Assembly: GCA_963810095.1 (NCBI GenBank)
Contig: CAWEMM010000009.1
Span: 384,001-448,000 of the forward strand
Source of the DNA: an uncultured Chloroflexia bacterium
GTDB taxonomy: Bacteria; Chloroflexota; Anaerolineae; CG2-30-64-16
Direction: 5' to 3'
DNA length: 64,000 nucleotides
In this document: positions 50,524 to 59,989 of the stretch, piece after piece
Layout of the letters: the number at the start of each line of letters is the position of its first letter
How positions within the stretch are numbered: position 1 is the stretch's first letter
Notes under the pieces: model-generated
The model's database searches: none
The model's input: the letters and a program-made list of their open reading frames with translations, nothing else
What the model was told of the DNA's origin: nothing
Made by a program: the position numbers and the translations under genes

Positions 50524-51579
50524 GTGGATGTCGTCTCGACGATCTTGTTGTTCCTGCCCATCCTGCTCGTGCTCTGGCTGGCCAACTTCAGTCACAGGAA
50601 GCGTATCGAAGGGGACGTTCGCAACGAGCGTACTTTCAAGCTGCTTAGCTACGGCGTGCTGTTCCTGCTGTACGCGGTCGCGATGCTCCTGGGCCTCGCG
50701 CTGGGCGGCATTGGCCTGGCCGGCGTTCTCGCCCCGCAAGCTTTTGACGCCGCGCCCGTCACCGGGTTCCCCATCGACCGGCTGCCCTGGATGGGCCTCG
50801 GGTTGATCGTCTTTTCATTGCTGGGTCTGGTCTTGCTCACCCGGCCCGCCCGGCGCTTCTTTGCGCGTTTCACGCCGATCGACCCATCGCACCCGGTCCA
50901 TGCGGTCGCACTCTCGCTCACCGCGATGATCCTCATCAACCTGTCGTTCACGGTCGCGATTGGGCTCGACAACCTCGCCAACATGCTCCAGTCCTCGGGG
51001 CAGACCGGCGCGAATGCTAACCCCGCGCCCGGCTTGTGGGGCCAGAACCTGCTCTTCGTCGTGATGGGCCTGGTGGGGGTAGGCTTCCTGGCGCGGCGAT
51101 CGTTCCGCGCATCGCTGATTCGGCTGGGTATCGTGGTGCCGACCCTCCGCCAGGTCGCGCTCGGGCTCGGCGTCGCGGTCATCCTGGTGCCTGTGGTCAT
51201 CGCCGCGGAGGCTTTAGCCAGCAAGCTGGGCCTCGGCGCGAGCGCCGGCGTGGAGCGGTTGACCGAGCAGTTGGTCGGGCCGCTGACTCAGAACATCGCG
51301 GGCATCCTGACACTCGGGCTGGCCGCCGCGCTGGGCGAGGAGACCGTGTTCCGCGGCGCGCTCCATCCACGCTTCGGGCTCGTGTTCACCGCGCTGCTCT
51401 TTGCCCTGCTGCACAGTCAGTATGGGTTGAGCTTTTCGACGGTGGCGGTGTTCGTGGTCGGGTTGGTCCTGGGGCTGCTGCGGGCGCGGGCAAACACGAC
51501 AACTTCGATGATCACGCACGCGACGTATAACATGCTGCTGGGGTTGATCACGTACCTGGGGATTATGCAGAACACCTGA
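50524..51579 (+). CDS. CPBP/Abi family intramembrane metalloprotease
   Basis: 'GEETVFRG', 'LFALLH', 'HATYN'. Confidence 0.9.
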   Translation: MDVVSTILLFLPILLVLWLANFSHRKRIEGDVRNERTFKLLSYGVLFLLYAVAMLLGLALGGIGLAGVLAPQAFDAAPVTGFPIDRLPWMGLGLIVFSLLGLVLLTRPARRFFARFTPIDPSHPVHAVALSLTAMILINLSFTVAIGLDNLANMLQSSGQTGANANPAPGLWGQNLLFVVMGLVGVGFLARRSFRASLIRLGIVVPTLRQVALGLGVAVILVPVVIAAEALASKLGLGASAGVERLTEQLVGPLTQNIAGILTLGLAAALGEETVFRGALHPRFGLVFTALLFALLHSQYGLSFSTVAVFVVGLVLGLLRARANTTTSMITHATYNMLLGLITYLGIMQNT

Positions 51580-51600
51580 GGCAATGAAGCTCGGCGACGT

Positions 51601-51635
51601 AACAAACCAGGTTTCCAGCAGAAACCTGGTTTGTT
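51601..51635. terminator. Hairpin between convergent genes (AAACC(A/T)GGTTT-type palindrome)
   Basis: AACAAACCAGGTTTC-CAGCA-GAAACCTGGTTTGTT, perfect 15-bp stem. Confidence 0.65.
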
Positions 51636-51645
51636 GCTTCTGATC

Positions 51646-52491
51646 CTAGAAAAGCACCGACGCCAGCTTGTTGCGGTACTCGCGCACGAGCGGGCTTTCC
51701 TCGCCCAGCACGCCGAAGATCGCCAGCATGACCTGCCGGGCTTCGCCGTTGCGGAACTTCTTGTCCTGGCGTAGCACGTCGAGCAGGGCATCCATCGCGC
51801 CGCGCATGTCGCCCGCCGCGATCTTCTGGCCTGCCGTGTGATACAGCCCGTCGAGGCCGCCCGCCCCGTTGGTGCCGCCGGTCGACTCGAGCAGGAGTGC
51901 GGCCAGGGGACGCAGCGCAGTTGCCTGCGCGGCTTCGGGGCCTTCGTTGACCTTGTTAAGGATCTCGTTCGCTTCGGCGGCCTTCCCCTGCGCCAGCAGC
52001 GCACGGGCCAGGTTCACCTTCACAGCAGGTTCGGCGCCGTTGGTTGCTCCCATCTGGCGCAGCGCCATTTCTGCTTCAATCCACTTGCCCGCGGCCAAGA
52101 GCGTGACCGGGTCGGGCACATTGCCGGCCGGCGCCCCCGCCCCGACGTTGACGCCAAGCTTTTGCAGGAACGCCCTGACCTGCGGCTCGGGGACCGCGCC
52201 GACGAACTCTGCTGCCAACCGGCCGTCCTTGAACCCTTTTACGGCCGGGATGCCCTGGACGCCGTACTGCATCGCGGCCCGCTGGTCCTCGTCCGTGTTG
52301 ATCTTGGCCAGGATAAAACCGCCCTTATACTCGTTGGCGAGCTTCTCCAGCACAGGCCCCAACATCCGACACGGGCCGCACCACGGCGCCCAAAAATCCA
52401 CCACCACCGGCACTTGCCTGGAGCGCTCGAGCACGTCCGACTGGAACGAGCTGTCGGTTACTTCTATCACCCATTCTGACTTCGCCATCAT
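51646..52491 (-). CDS. Thioredoxin-TPR chaperedoxin (YbbN/CnoX-like)
   Basis: 'DFWAPWCGPC' plus C-terminal TPR ending 'YRNKLASVLF'. Confidence 0.9.
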   Translation of the reverse strand: MMAKSEWVIEVTDSSFQSDVLERSRQVPVVVDFWAPWCGPCRMLGPVLEKLANEYKGGFILAKINTDEDQRAAMQYGVQGIPAVKGFKDGRLAAEFVGAVPEPQVRAFLQKLGVNVGAGAPAGNVPDPVTLLAAGKWIEAEMALRQMGATNGAEPAVKVNLARALLAQGKAAEANEILNKVNEGPEAAQATALRPLAALLLESTGGTNGAGGLDGLYHTAGQKIAAGDMRGAMDALLDVLRQDKKFRNGEARQVMLAIFGVLGEESPLVREYRNKLASVLF

Positions 52492-52691
52492 TGCCCCTTG
52501 TGTGCGTCGACCGGAGTAAATCAAGTGATATGTTTATTATATCATGGGATGGGACCCCGATCAATTCGGGACCCCCGGCGTAACGCCAACGTATCTAATT
52601 GGATGCTGCGAGCGGACCCCGCGTTACATGGGCCGCAACTCAGGCAGCAGCCGAGCGTACCACTGAGGAGACCACGGGGCAGGTGACTACC

Positions 52692-53630
52692 ATGAGCGAA
52701 ACTTCGGGTATCGGCGGGCGGCCGGTTACGGGCGACAATGACTTCTGGCGGGTGCGCGGCCTGTTGACCCGCACCGTAGGCGCGGCTCCCCCCGGCCACA
52801 ACTGGGATATGCGGCGCTGGGACGGCAAATACTTCTACAACCGCTCGGGGCGGTGGGAGGACGGCTGGGAGCAGGCCGTACGGCTGTGGGAGACCCCGGC
52901 AGGGCGGCTGGTCGGCTGCGTCAACCGGGAGGGCGCGGGCGATGCGTGGATCCAGATTGACCCGGCGTATCGCTTCCTCGAAGGCGAGATGATCGGGTGG
53001 GCCGAGTCGCACCTGGCGGTGAGCGATCCGGACTCCGGCGCCCGGGTGCTCGAGTTTCAGGTGTTTGAATATGACGCGCTCAGGCAGCAGTTGCTGGCCG
53101 AGCGGGGTTACGAGAAGATGGAATGCGGCGGCATGTATCGGCACATGCGTCTGCCCGCACACACGCTGCCCCCTGCGACCCTTGCCGAGCCTTATCACCT
53201 CCGAACGGTCGACGCAGAGGACGGCGCAGACTGCCAGCGCATCGCCGATCTGCTCAACGCGGCGTTCGGCCGCACGTTCCACAACGGGCCCGAATTCCGG
53301 TCGTTTGCGGCGCTCGCGCCGTGCTACGTGCGCGAGCTTGACCTTGTCGCAGTCGCGCCCGACGGCTCGTTTGCGGCCTACGTTGGCATGCCCTACGACC
53401 GGGAGAACCGCCGCGGGATCTTCGAACCGGTGTGCACCCATCCCCAGCACCGGCGCTGCGGGCTGGCGGCGGCGCTGATGCGCGAAGCGCTGCACCGGGT
53501 GCAGGCAATGGGCGCCGTCGACGTGACCGTAGACACCGGCGACATGGTCCCCGCGAACGCCCTTTATGATGCGTTGGGGTTCGGCGAGGCATACCGCGCG
53601 TTCGCCTGGCGCAAATGCTGGGCAGGTTGA
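52692..53630 (+). CDS. GNAT family acetyltransferase
   Basis: 'EPVCTHPQHRRCGLA', 'ANALYDALGF'. Confidence 0.85.
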   Translation: MSETSGIGGRPVTGDNDFWRVRGLLTRTVGAAPPGHNWDMRRWDGKYFYNRSGRWEDGWEQAVRLWETPAGRLVGCVNREGAGDAWIQIDPAYRFLEGEMIGWAESHLAVSDPDSGARVLEFQVFEYDALRQQLLAERGYEKMECGGMYRHMRLPAHTLPPATLAEPYHLRTVDAEDGADCQRIADLLNAAFGRTFHNGPEFRSFAALAPCYVRELDLVAVAPDGSFAAYVGMPYDRENRRGIFEPVCTHPQHRRCGLAAALMREALHRVQAMGAVDVTVDTGDMVPANALYDALGFGEAYRAFAWRKCWAG

Positions 53631-53660
53631 CACGGACGGCCGAATGCGGACAATAGGGCC

Positions 53661-54211
53661 ATGCAAGTCGTGCCCTTGAACGCCGAACAGGCCGTGGCCC
53701 TGGTGTCCCAGTTCGCAGACGTGTACCGTGCGGCCTTCGCTCCTGCGCCCTACCAGCGCCAGGAGCACGAGGTCGACGAGTTCGCCGCGCGCTGCCCTTG
53801 CAGGCTCGCCGCCAGGGGTTTCGGTCGGTGGTGGCCCGCGCCGACACGGGAGACTTTGTCGGCATCGCATACGGTTATCGCAGCCAGCCGGGCCAGTGGT
53901 GGCATGACAACGTTTCTCGTGCCCTGGGTGACCACGCCGCGCAGCTCTGGCTGGCGAGCGCGTTCCAGGTGACCGAGGTGGCCGTCGTGCCCCGGCACCA
54001 GCGCCAGGGCATCGGCAAGAGCCTGCTCGACGCGCTGCTCGAGGAACTGCCCTACGAACGGGCCGTGCTGTCGACGCTTGACGCCGAAACCGTGGGCCGA
54101 GCCATGTATCGGGCGCGCGGCTGGCAAGACCTCCTGGCCGGATTCTACTTCCCCGGCGTCCCCCGGCGATACGCGATCATGGGCCGTCTCCTGACGAACG
54201 GCGCGGACTAA
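53661..54211 (+). CDS. GNAT family acetyltransferase (frameshift near 53800)
   Basis: 'VYRAAF..APY' joined to 'GIAYGY..PGQWW', 'HQRQGIG', 'MYRARGW'. Confidence 0.78.
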
Positions 54212-54238
54212 GCCAAGCGGACAATAGCCAACAGGTAA

Positions 54239-54291
54239 GAGACCGGACTTCTGCCACCAGCCTCGCTGGCGCAGAAGTCCGGTCTCTATTT
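54239..54291 (+). terminator. Terminator-like hairpin upstream of the BMC operon promoter
   Basis: GAGACCGGACTTCTGC...GCAGAAGTCCGGTCTC followed by TATTT. Confidence 0.6.
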
Positions 54292-54334
54292 CACTTACGT
54301 TACACGCCTATTCACATTCTATCTTAAAGAATCG

Positions 54335-54426
54335 TGTTCAAACGTGTTTTGGGTGATTGACAAACGTGAGCAGTGGTGCTAATCTGTGCATGCAAATAGT
54401 GAATAGCATGATTCACAAACGTGAAT
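54335..54426 (+). promoter_or_regulatory. Sigma70 promoter with overlapping operator repeats for the BMC operon
   Basis: TTGACA (54357)-17 bp-TAATCT with extended TG. Palindrome ATTCAC-AAAC-GTGAAT (54411-54426) and two more CAAACGTG copies. Confidence 0.75.
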
Positions 54427-54468
54427 GACCTCTTCCATTCATCGGCGTCTCACGGAGATTACACCACT

Positions 54469-56581
54469 ATGGATATTGCCACCGCAGAGATGACGCAGGA
54501 CGCGGCCCACCGCGACGGCGGGCCACGAGAATCGAACCTTTCCCGCGAGCGTCTCCTGGAGCTGTTCTACAAGATGACCCTCACGCGTGCCTTCGAAGAG
54601 GCCGCGTGGAGCCAGTACGGCCTCGGTAAGGTACACGGGACGATGCACCTGTGCATCGGCCAGGAGGCTGTAGGCATTGGAGCCATTGCCGCGATCCGGC
54701 CCGACGACTACATCGTTTCCACCCACCGCGGCCATGCCCACGCCATCGGCAAGGGGCAAGACGTGCGCGAGATGATGGCCGAGCTGCTGGGCAAAGAGAA
54801 CGGCGTCTGCCACGGCCGGGGCGGCTCGATGCACATGGCCGACGTGAACCTGGGCAGCCTGGGCGCGAACGGCGTGGTGGGCGGGGGCTTGCCGCTGTCG
54901 GTCGGTGCGGGCCTTGCACTCAAGCTGAAGCACCCGACGGGTGATTCGCCGGTGGTGATCTGCTTCTTCGGCGACGGCGCCTCAAACGAGGGCGCGTTCC
55001 ACGAGTCGATCAACATGGCTTCCGTGTGGAAGCTCCCCGTGATCTACCTCTGCGAAAACAACCAGTACGGCATGTCGAACTCGGTCAAGAACGCCATGAG
55101 CGCCCGCCAGATGATCGACCGGGCCCCGGGCTACGGCATTCCCGGCAAGCAGGTTGACGGGATGGACGTGCTGGCGGTCTACGAGGCGATCAGCGAAGCG
55201 GCCGAGTACGTGCGAGCGGGCAACGGCCCCATCCTGATCGACGCGCTCACTTACCGCTACCTGGGGCACTCGAAGAGCGACCGGCAGCTTTATCGGACGA
55301 AGGACGAGGTCGAGGCCTGGAAGCAGCGCGATGCGATCGCCGCCTTCGAGCGTTACTTGCTGAGCGCCGGCGTTGCCTCACAGGACGAACTGGACGCCCT
55401 CAAGACGAAGGCGGACGCGGCCATCGAAGAAGCCATCGCGTACGGCGACGCCGGGCCCGAGCCGCAGGTGGCCCACCTCATGCGCGACGTATACGCCGAA
55501 GACCCGGCCGTACTGGCACAGCCGGAGCGGGTCTTGCCCAAGTGGGCGTCCGCGACATTCGGAACCGCGACCCGCATCAACCCGCCCGCAGGCGAGCGGG
55601 TGATCACCTACTCGGAGGCGCTGCGCGAGGCGATGGCCCAGGCGCTGTCCTCTGACCCGAAGGTATTCATGCTGGGCGAGGATATCGGCGTGTACGGCGG
55701 TGCATTCGGCGTCACAAAGGACCTGGTGGAGGAGTTCGGCCGCGACCGCGTGCGCGACACGCCGATCTCGGAAAACGCGATCATCGGGGCTGCCACCGGC
55801 GCGGCGGTGCTGGGCATGCGGCCGATCGCCGAAATGCAGTTCCAGGACTTCATCACGCTGGGTATGGAGCAGACGGTGCTCCAGGCCGCCAAGATTCGCT
55901 ACATGTTCGGCGGCAAGGCGACCGTGCCGATGGTCGTGCGGATGCCGGCCGGCTCGGGCACGGGCGCGGCTGCGCAACACTCGGAGAGCCTCGAATCCTG
56001 GTTCCTGAGCGTGCCGGGCATCAAGGTGGTGGCGCCTGCGAGCGCGTACGATGCCAAGGGGCTGCTGCTGGCCGCGCTGGCCGACGACAACCCGGTGATG
56101 TTCGTCGAGAACAAGCTGCTGTACAAGAGTAAGGGCGCAGTGCCCGTCGAGCCCTACATCGTGCCGCTGGGCAAGGCCGCGGTGCGCCGCCAGGGCCAGC
56201 ACGTGAGCATTGCGGCGACGTCGATCATGGTGCACCGGGCGCTCGAAGCGGCCAAGCAGCTGGAAGCCGAGGGCGATCGAGCTCGAGGTCATCGACCTGC
56301 GCACGCTGAAGCCGCTCGACAACGAGACGATCATCGCCTCGGTCAAGAAGACCGGGCGCCTGCTGGTGGTGCACGAGGCGCCGCTGTTCGGCGGCTTTGG
56401 CGGCGAAATTGCGGCCATGATTGCCCAAAGCGAGGCCTTCGCGTACCTGGAAGCGCCCATCGTGCGCCTCGGCGGCGAAGACGTGCCGATCCCGTACAAC
56501 CCGAAGCTGGAAAAGGCCGCCGTACCGCAGGTCGATAACATCGTCGCCGCCGCACGCAAGCTCGCCCGGACCGAGATCTAG
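54469..56581 (+). CDS. Fused E1 alpha/beta ThDP-dependent dehydrogenase (acetoin/pyruvate dehydrogenase-like; frameshift near 56275)
   Basis: 'STHRGH', 'GRGGSMH', '[12 protein letters not shown]', 'YRYLGHS'. Beta part 'GEDIG.YGG', 'DTPISE', 'AAQHS'. Confidence 0.9.
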
Positions 56582-56675
56582 AATGGGACGCAGATTGAAC
56601 TGATTCACTGATCTTCCTGATTTTATCAGCGAGGTCATGCGAATCGACTCAGTCAGTTAGATCAGGCGTCCTATT
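56582..56675. repeat. Family A periodic palindrome
   Basis: AATGGGACGCAGAT ... ATCAGGCGTCCTATT. Starts right after the stop codon. Confidence 0.75.
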
Positions 56676-56686
56676 AGGGGTACGAA

Positions 56687-58141
56687 ATGCCAACACCCGT
56701 GATTATGCCCAAGTTCGAGATGACCCAGGAGACGGGCAAGGTCCTTGCGTGGCTCAAGCGTGAGGGCGAGCACGTGAACAAGGGCGAAGCACTTCTCGAA
56801 GTCGAGACCGACAAGGTCAACCAGGAAGTCGAGTCGCCTGCTACGGGCGTGCTCACCGGCATTTGCGCCGCGCCCGGGCAGGTAGTGCCGATCGCCGCTC
56901 CCATCGCCTACATTCTCAAGCCAGGGGAAACCGCTTCAGGTTTCTCTTCTCCTTCCTTGGGTGCGGCTGAGACGACCCCTGGCTCGGGCCGGGGCCCGGA
57001 GTCGTCCCAGCCGGCGCCGAGTCAGGCGGCCGACGATGCCCCGAAAGTCACACCGCTGGCCGCCCGCCTCGCGCAAGAGTATGGCGTCGACCTGTCCAAG
57101 GTCACGGGTACCGGCCCGATGGGGCGGATCACCCGGGAAGACGTGACGGCTGCATCCGCGGCGCAAGCTGAGGCCGGGCCCACGCCGCCCGTGGCCGACG
57201 GCAAGGTGCGCGCGGTTCCGGCAGCGCGACGGGTGGCTCGCGAGATGGGTGTCGACCTGCGCACGGTAAAGGGCACGGGGCCCGAGGGTCGGGTTCAACC
57301 GGAAGACGTGGCGGCCACGGGCGCGGCGCCGTCGACCCTGGCTGCATCCCAGCCCGTCGCTCCCGCCGTGCAGCCGGAACCGGCCGCTCCAGCGCTTCTG
57401 GACGCGAGTGCCGGGGGTCCCAAGGTGCGCAGGGTCGTGCCGCTCACAAATATCCGCAAGACGATTGCCGAGCGGATGGTGGCCAGCGTGCGCGAGGCGC
57501 CGCAGTTCAGCGTCAGCCTCGATGTGGACATGACCCGCAGCCTCGGCATCGTGGAAGATGTCAAGTCCGTCGTGCAAGGGCTGGCGCCGGACCCCAGCCG
57601 GCCGAAAATCACGCTCACTGCGCTGGTCGTCAAGGCCGTCGCCTATGGGCTGGCGGCACACCCGGCCGCAAACGCCTCGTATAGCACTGAAGGGATTGTC
57701 GAATACGAGGACGTCAACGTCGGCGTGGCCACCGCAATCGACTCTGGCCTCATTGTTCCGGTGGTACGCTCGGCAAACATTCTCGGCTTGCGGGGCATCG
57801 CCGTCGCATTGGGCGACCTGACGACCCGGGCACGTGAGGGCAGGCTGAAGCTGGACGACCTGACCGGCGGCACCTTCACCGTGTCCAACCTCGGAATGTT
57901 CGGGATCGAGACGTTCACCGCGATCCTGAATCCGCCGCAGGCCGCGATTCTGGCGGTCGGCAAGGTGACCAAGCGGGCTGTCGTGGTTTCGGCCCCCTCC
58001 GGGGAAGACAAGGTCGAGATCAAGCCCATGGCCTCGCTGACGCTCACCGCGGACCACCGCGTGCTCGACGGCGCCTCCGCAGCCCGGCTGCTGGCAACGA
58101 TCCAAAGCGTCCTGGAACACCCGGGACTCCTGCTGGAATAA
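56687..58141 (+). CDS. Dihydrolipoamide acyltransferase E2
   Basis: Lipoyl domain 'VETDKV', two subunit-binding domains ('GTGPMGRI', 'GTGPEGRV'), catalytic 'DHRVLDG'. Confidence 0.93.
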   Translation: MPTPVIMPKFEMTQETGKVLAWLKREGEHVNKGEALLEVETDKVNQEVESPATGVLTGICAAPGQVVPIAAPIAYILKPGETASGFSSPSLGAAETTPGSGRGPESSQPAPSQAADDAPKVTPLAARLAQEYGVDLSKVTGTGPMGRITREDVTAASAAQAEAGPTPPVADGKVRAVPAARRVAREMGVDLRTVKGTGPEGRVQPEDVAATGAAPSTLAASQPVAPAVQPEPAAPALLDASAGGPKVRRVVPLTNIRKTIAERMVASVREAPQFSVSLDVDMTRSLGIVEDVKSVVQGLAPDPSRPKITLTALVVKAVAYGLAAHPAANASYSTEGIVEYEDVNVGVATAIDSGLIVPVVRSANILGLRGIAVALGDLTTRAREGRLKLDDLTGGTFTVSNLGMFGIETFTAILNPPQAAILAVGKVTKRAVVVSAPSGEDKVEIKPMASLTLTADHRVLDGASAARLLATIQSVLEHPGLLLE

Positions 58142-58147
58142 GACAGG

Positions 58148-58255
58148 AACAGGACGCAGATTCAACTGATCGAACTGATCTACATGATCCTTCCTGCATA
58201 GGCTATCAGAAAGATCAGTTGAAATCAGTCATATCAGTCAGATCAGCGTCCCATT
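58148..58255. repeat. Family A periodic palindrome
   Basis: GGACGCAGAT TCAACTGAT CGAACTGAT ... ATCAGTTGA AATCAGTCA TATCAGTCA GATCAGCGTCCCATT. Confidence 0.8.
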
Positions 58256-58275
58256 CCACATCAGTGAGGGGAATT

Positions 58276-59361
58276 ATGGCCGTACCTATGCTCCAGGTGG
58301 CGATGGACTACATCTCGCTGCCGCCCGCGCTCGCGATGGCCGTCAAGGTCGCGCCCGAGGTTGATATCATCGAGATCGGCACCCCGCTATGCAAGGCGGT
58401 CGGGCTAGACGGGATCCGCGCGATCCGCGACCTGGTCGGTCCAGACAAGCTGATCCTGGCCGACTTCAAAAGCCCCGACGTGGGTGGGCTGGAAGCGAAG
58501 ATGGCGTTCGATGCCGGCGCGGACATGATGACCGTGATCGGCGGCGCAGCCCTCGCTACGGTCGAGTCCGCATTGCAGGCGGCCAAGGAAGCACGCAAGG
58601 AAATGCTGATGGAGCTCACCGGCGTGCGCGATATCGTGGCCCGGGCAAAGGAATGGCGCCAGATCGGCGTGGAGCGGATGGTGTACCACCGGGGCTGGGA
58701 CGAGCAAACGTTCAACCGCCAGTGGGGCGACGACGACCGCAAGACGGTCCAGACGCTCATCGACATGGGCTTCAAGATCACCGTTACCGGCGGCATCAAC
58801 AAGAGCATGCTGCCCTTTTTCGCCTCGCTGGCCGTGTCCGTCGTCATCTGCGGTCGTGGCATTCGCGAGACGCCCGACCCGCGTCAGTCGGCGCACGAGT
58901 TCAAGGCGGAGATGACCCGCTTGTGGGGGAGCGGCGCCGCGGCGGCGCCTGCGTTTCCCGGTGGAAAAGTGGCCGCAGCCAGCGCCGCTGAAAACGCAGC
59001 CAAGGCCATCCGGTGGGGCGTGAGCGAAATGGGCTTGCTGCTGACCGCGGATGGTCGGGAGTGCCCGGGCTGTGATTCGTCGCAGCGCGTCTGCTGGGGC
59101 ACGCGCACCGAAGTCGTCGCACCGCAAGGCACACGGGCGGACGACCTCGTCAGCCGCATCGGCCAGTCCTTCGGACGCAGCGCGGCCTTCGGCAAAGTGA
59201 ATGACGCCGTCATCTTCCTCGACCCGGCCCAACTGCAGACGGGATCGATCAACGAGGTGCTCGAGTTGCTCCGTGCAGCGGGCAACGCAGCCCGGTCGGC
59301 CGGCGCAGCCATAGATGTGAGCGCCGGCGTGAATGTGGCAGACAAGATTCTGCGGAACTAA
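58276..59361 (+). CDS. HPS/KGPDC-family (OMPDC suprafamily) enzyme fused to an extra C-terminal domain
   Basis: 'LQVAMD', 'IIEIGTPL', 'ADFKSPDVG', 'YHRGWD', 'TGG', 'CGRGI', then an Ala-rich linker and a ~120-aa extension. Confidence 0.85.
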   Translation: MAVPMLQVAMDYISLPPALAMAVKVAPEVDIIEIGTPLCKAVGLDGIRAIRDLVGPDKLILADFKSPDVGGLEAKMAFDAGADMMTVIGGAALATVESALQAAKEARKEMLMELTGVRDIVARAKEWRQIGVERMVYHRGWDEQTFNRQWGDDDRKTVQTLIDMGFKITVTGGINKSMLPFFASLAVSVVICGRGIRETPDPRQSAHEFKAEMTRLWGSGAAAAPAFPGGKVAAASAAENAAKAIRWGVSEMGLLLTADGRECPGCDSSQRVCWGTRTEVVAPQGTRADDLVSRIGQSFGRSAAFGKVNDAVIFLDPAQLQTGSINEVLELLRAAGNAARSAGAAIDVSAGVNVADKILRN

Positions 59362-59370
59362 GCGGGCGCC

Positions 59371-59408
59371 GGACCTTCGGGGCCGGAACGGCCCCGAAGG
59401 TCCTTTAT
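59371..59408 (+). terminator. Intra-operon hairpin or weak terminator
   Basis: GGACCTTCGGGGCCG-GAA-CGGCCCCGAAGGTCC followed by TTTAT. Confidence 0.5.
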
Positions 59409-59477
59409 CCGCTTTGAGAAACCGGTTGCTCAACACTCGTTCGACGCCGTAGTCACCCCACACCGATGGAGGTCAAG

Positions 59478-59894
59478 ATGAGCCAGTCCAATATCGACCT
59501 GGTCCGCCGCTACTACCAGGTCACGAGCGGCGATCTCGCTGGGATCGAGGAGATCGTTTCCCCCGACTTCATCGACCATCACTTCCCCCCGACCCTGCCG
59601 CAGGGTCCTGAGGGCGTCAAGGCGTTCTTCAACGACGTCCTCGGCGCCTTCACCCACCGCCGAATTGACATCTTCGACATCTTCGCGGCGGAAGACCGCG
59701 TCGGCGTGCGCTTCGAGCTTGTCGCCAACCACAGCAGCGAGTTTGCCGGCTACAAGCCGTCTGGACAGCAGATTACATGCGGCGCCATGAGCATGTTTCG
59801 GGTAGAGGACGGCAAGCTGGCCGAGGGCTGGGAAACAGCCGACCTGTTCGGCCTGTTCAAGCAGCTCCAAGCCCTGCAGACCGTAGCCGCCTAG
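59478..59894 (+). CDS. SnoaL-like/ester cyclase (NTF2-like) protein
   Basis: 'SPDFIDH', 'AAEDRV', 'FRVEDGKLAEGW..D'. Confidence 0.88.
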   Translation: MSQSNIDLVRRYYQVTSGDLAGIEEIVSPDFIDHHFPPTLPQGPEGVKAFFNDVLGAFTHRRIDIFDIFAAEDRVGVRFELVANHSSEFAGYKPSGQQITCGAMSMFRVEDGKLAEGWETADLFGLFKQLQALQTVAA

Positions 59895-59898
59895 GGAT

Positions 59899-59962
59899 TC
59901 AATACAAAGGCACAAAGGCACGACGGCATAGATAACCTTTGTGACGTAGTGTCGCCGTGTTG
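59899..59962. repeat. Family B periodic palindrome
   Basis: CAATACAAAGG CACAAAGG CACGACGG ... CTTTGTG ACGTAGTG TCGCCGTGTTG. Confidence 0.65.
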
Positions 59963-59989
59963 AGCGCTGCCGACGAAGGAAGGTCGAAG

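Noticed and set aside
56260-56290. Frameshift in E1 beta, and similar ones in the STAND gene, the leuS start, the ABM gene, degV, pstC and the GNAT gene, as programmed frameshifting or pseudogenisation
   Set aside because: These are isolated single-base indels scattered across unrelated and even essential genes, with no slippery sites. Long-read consensus error is the simplest explanation.
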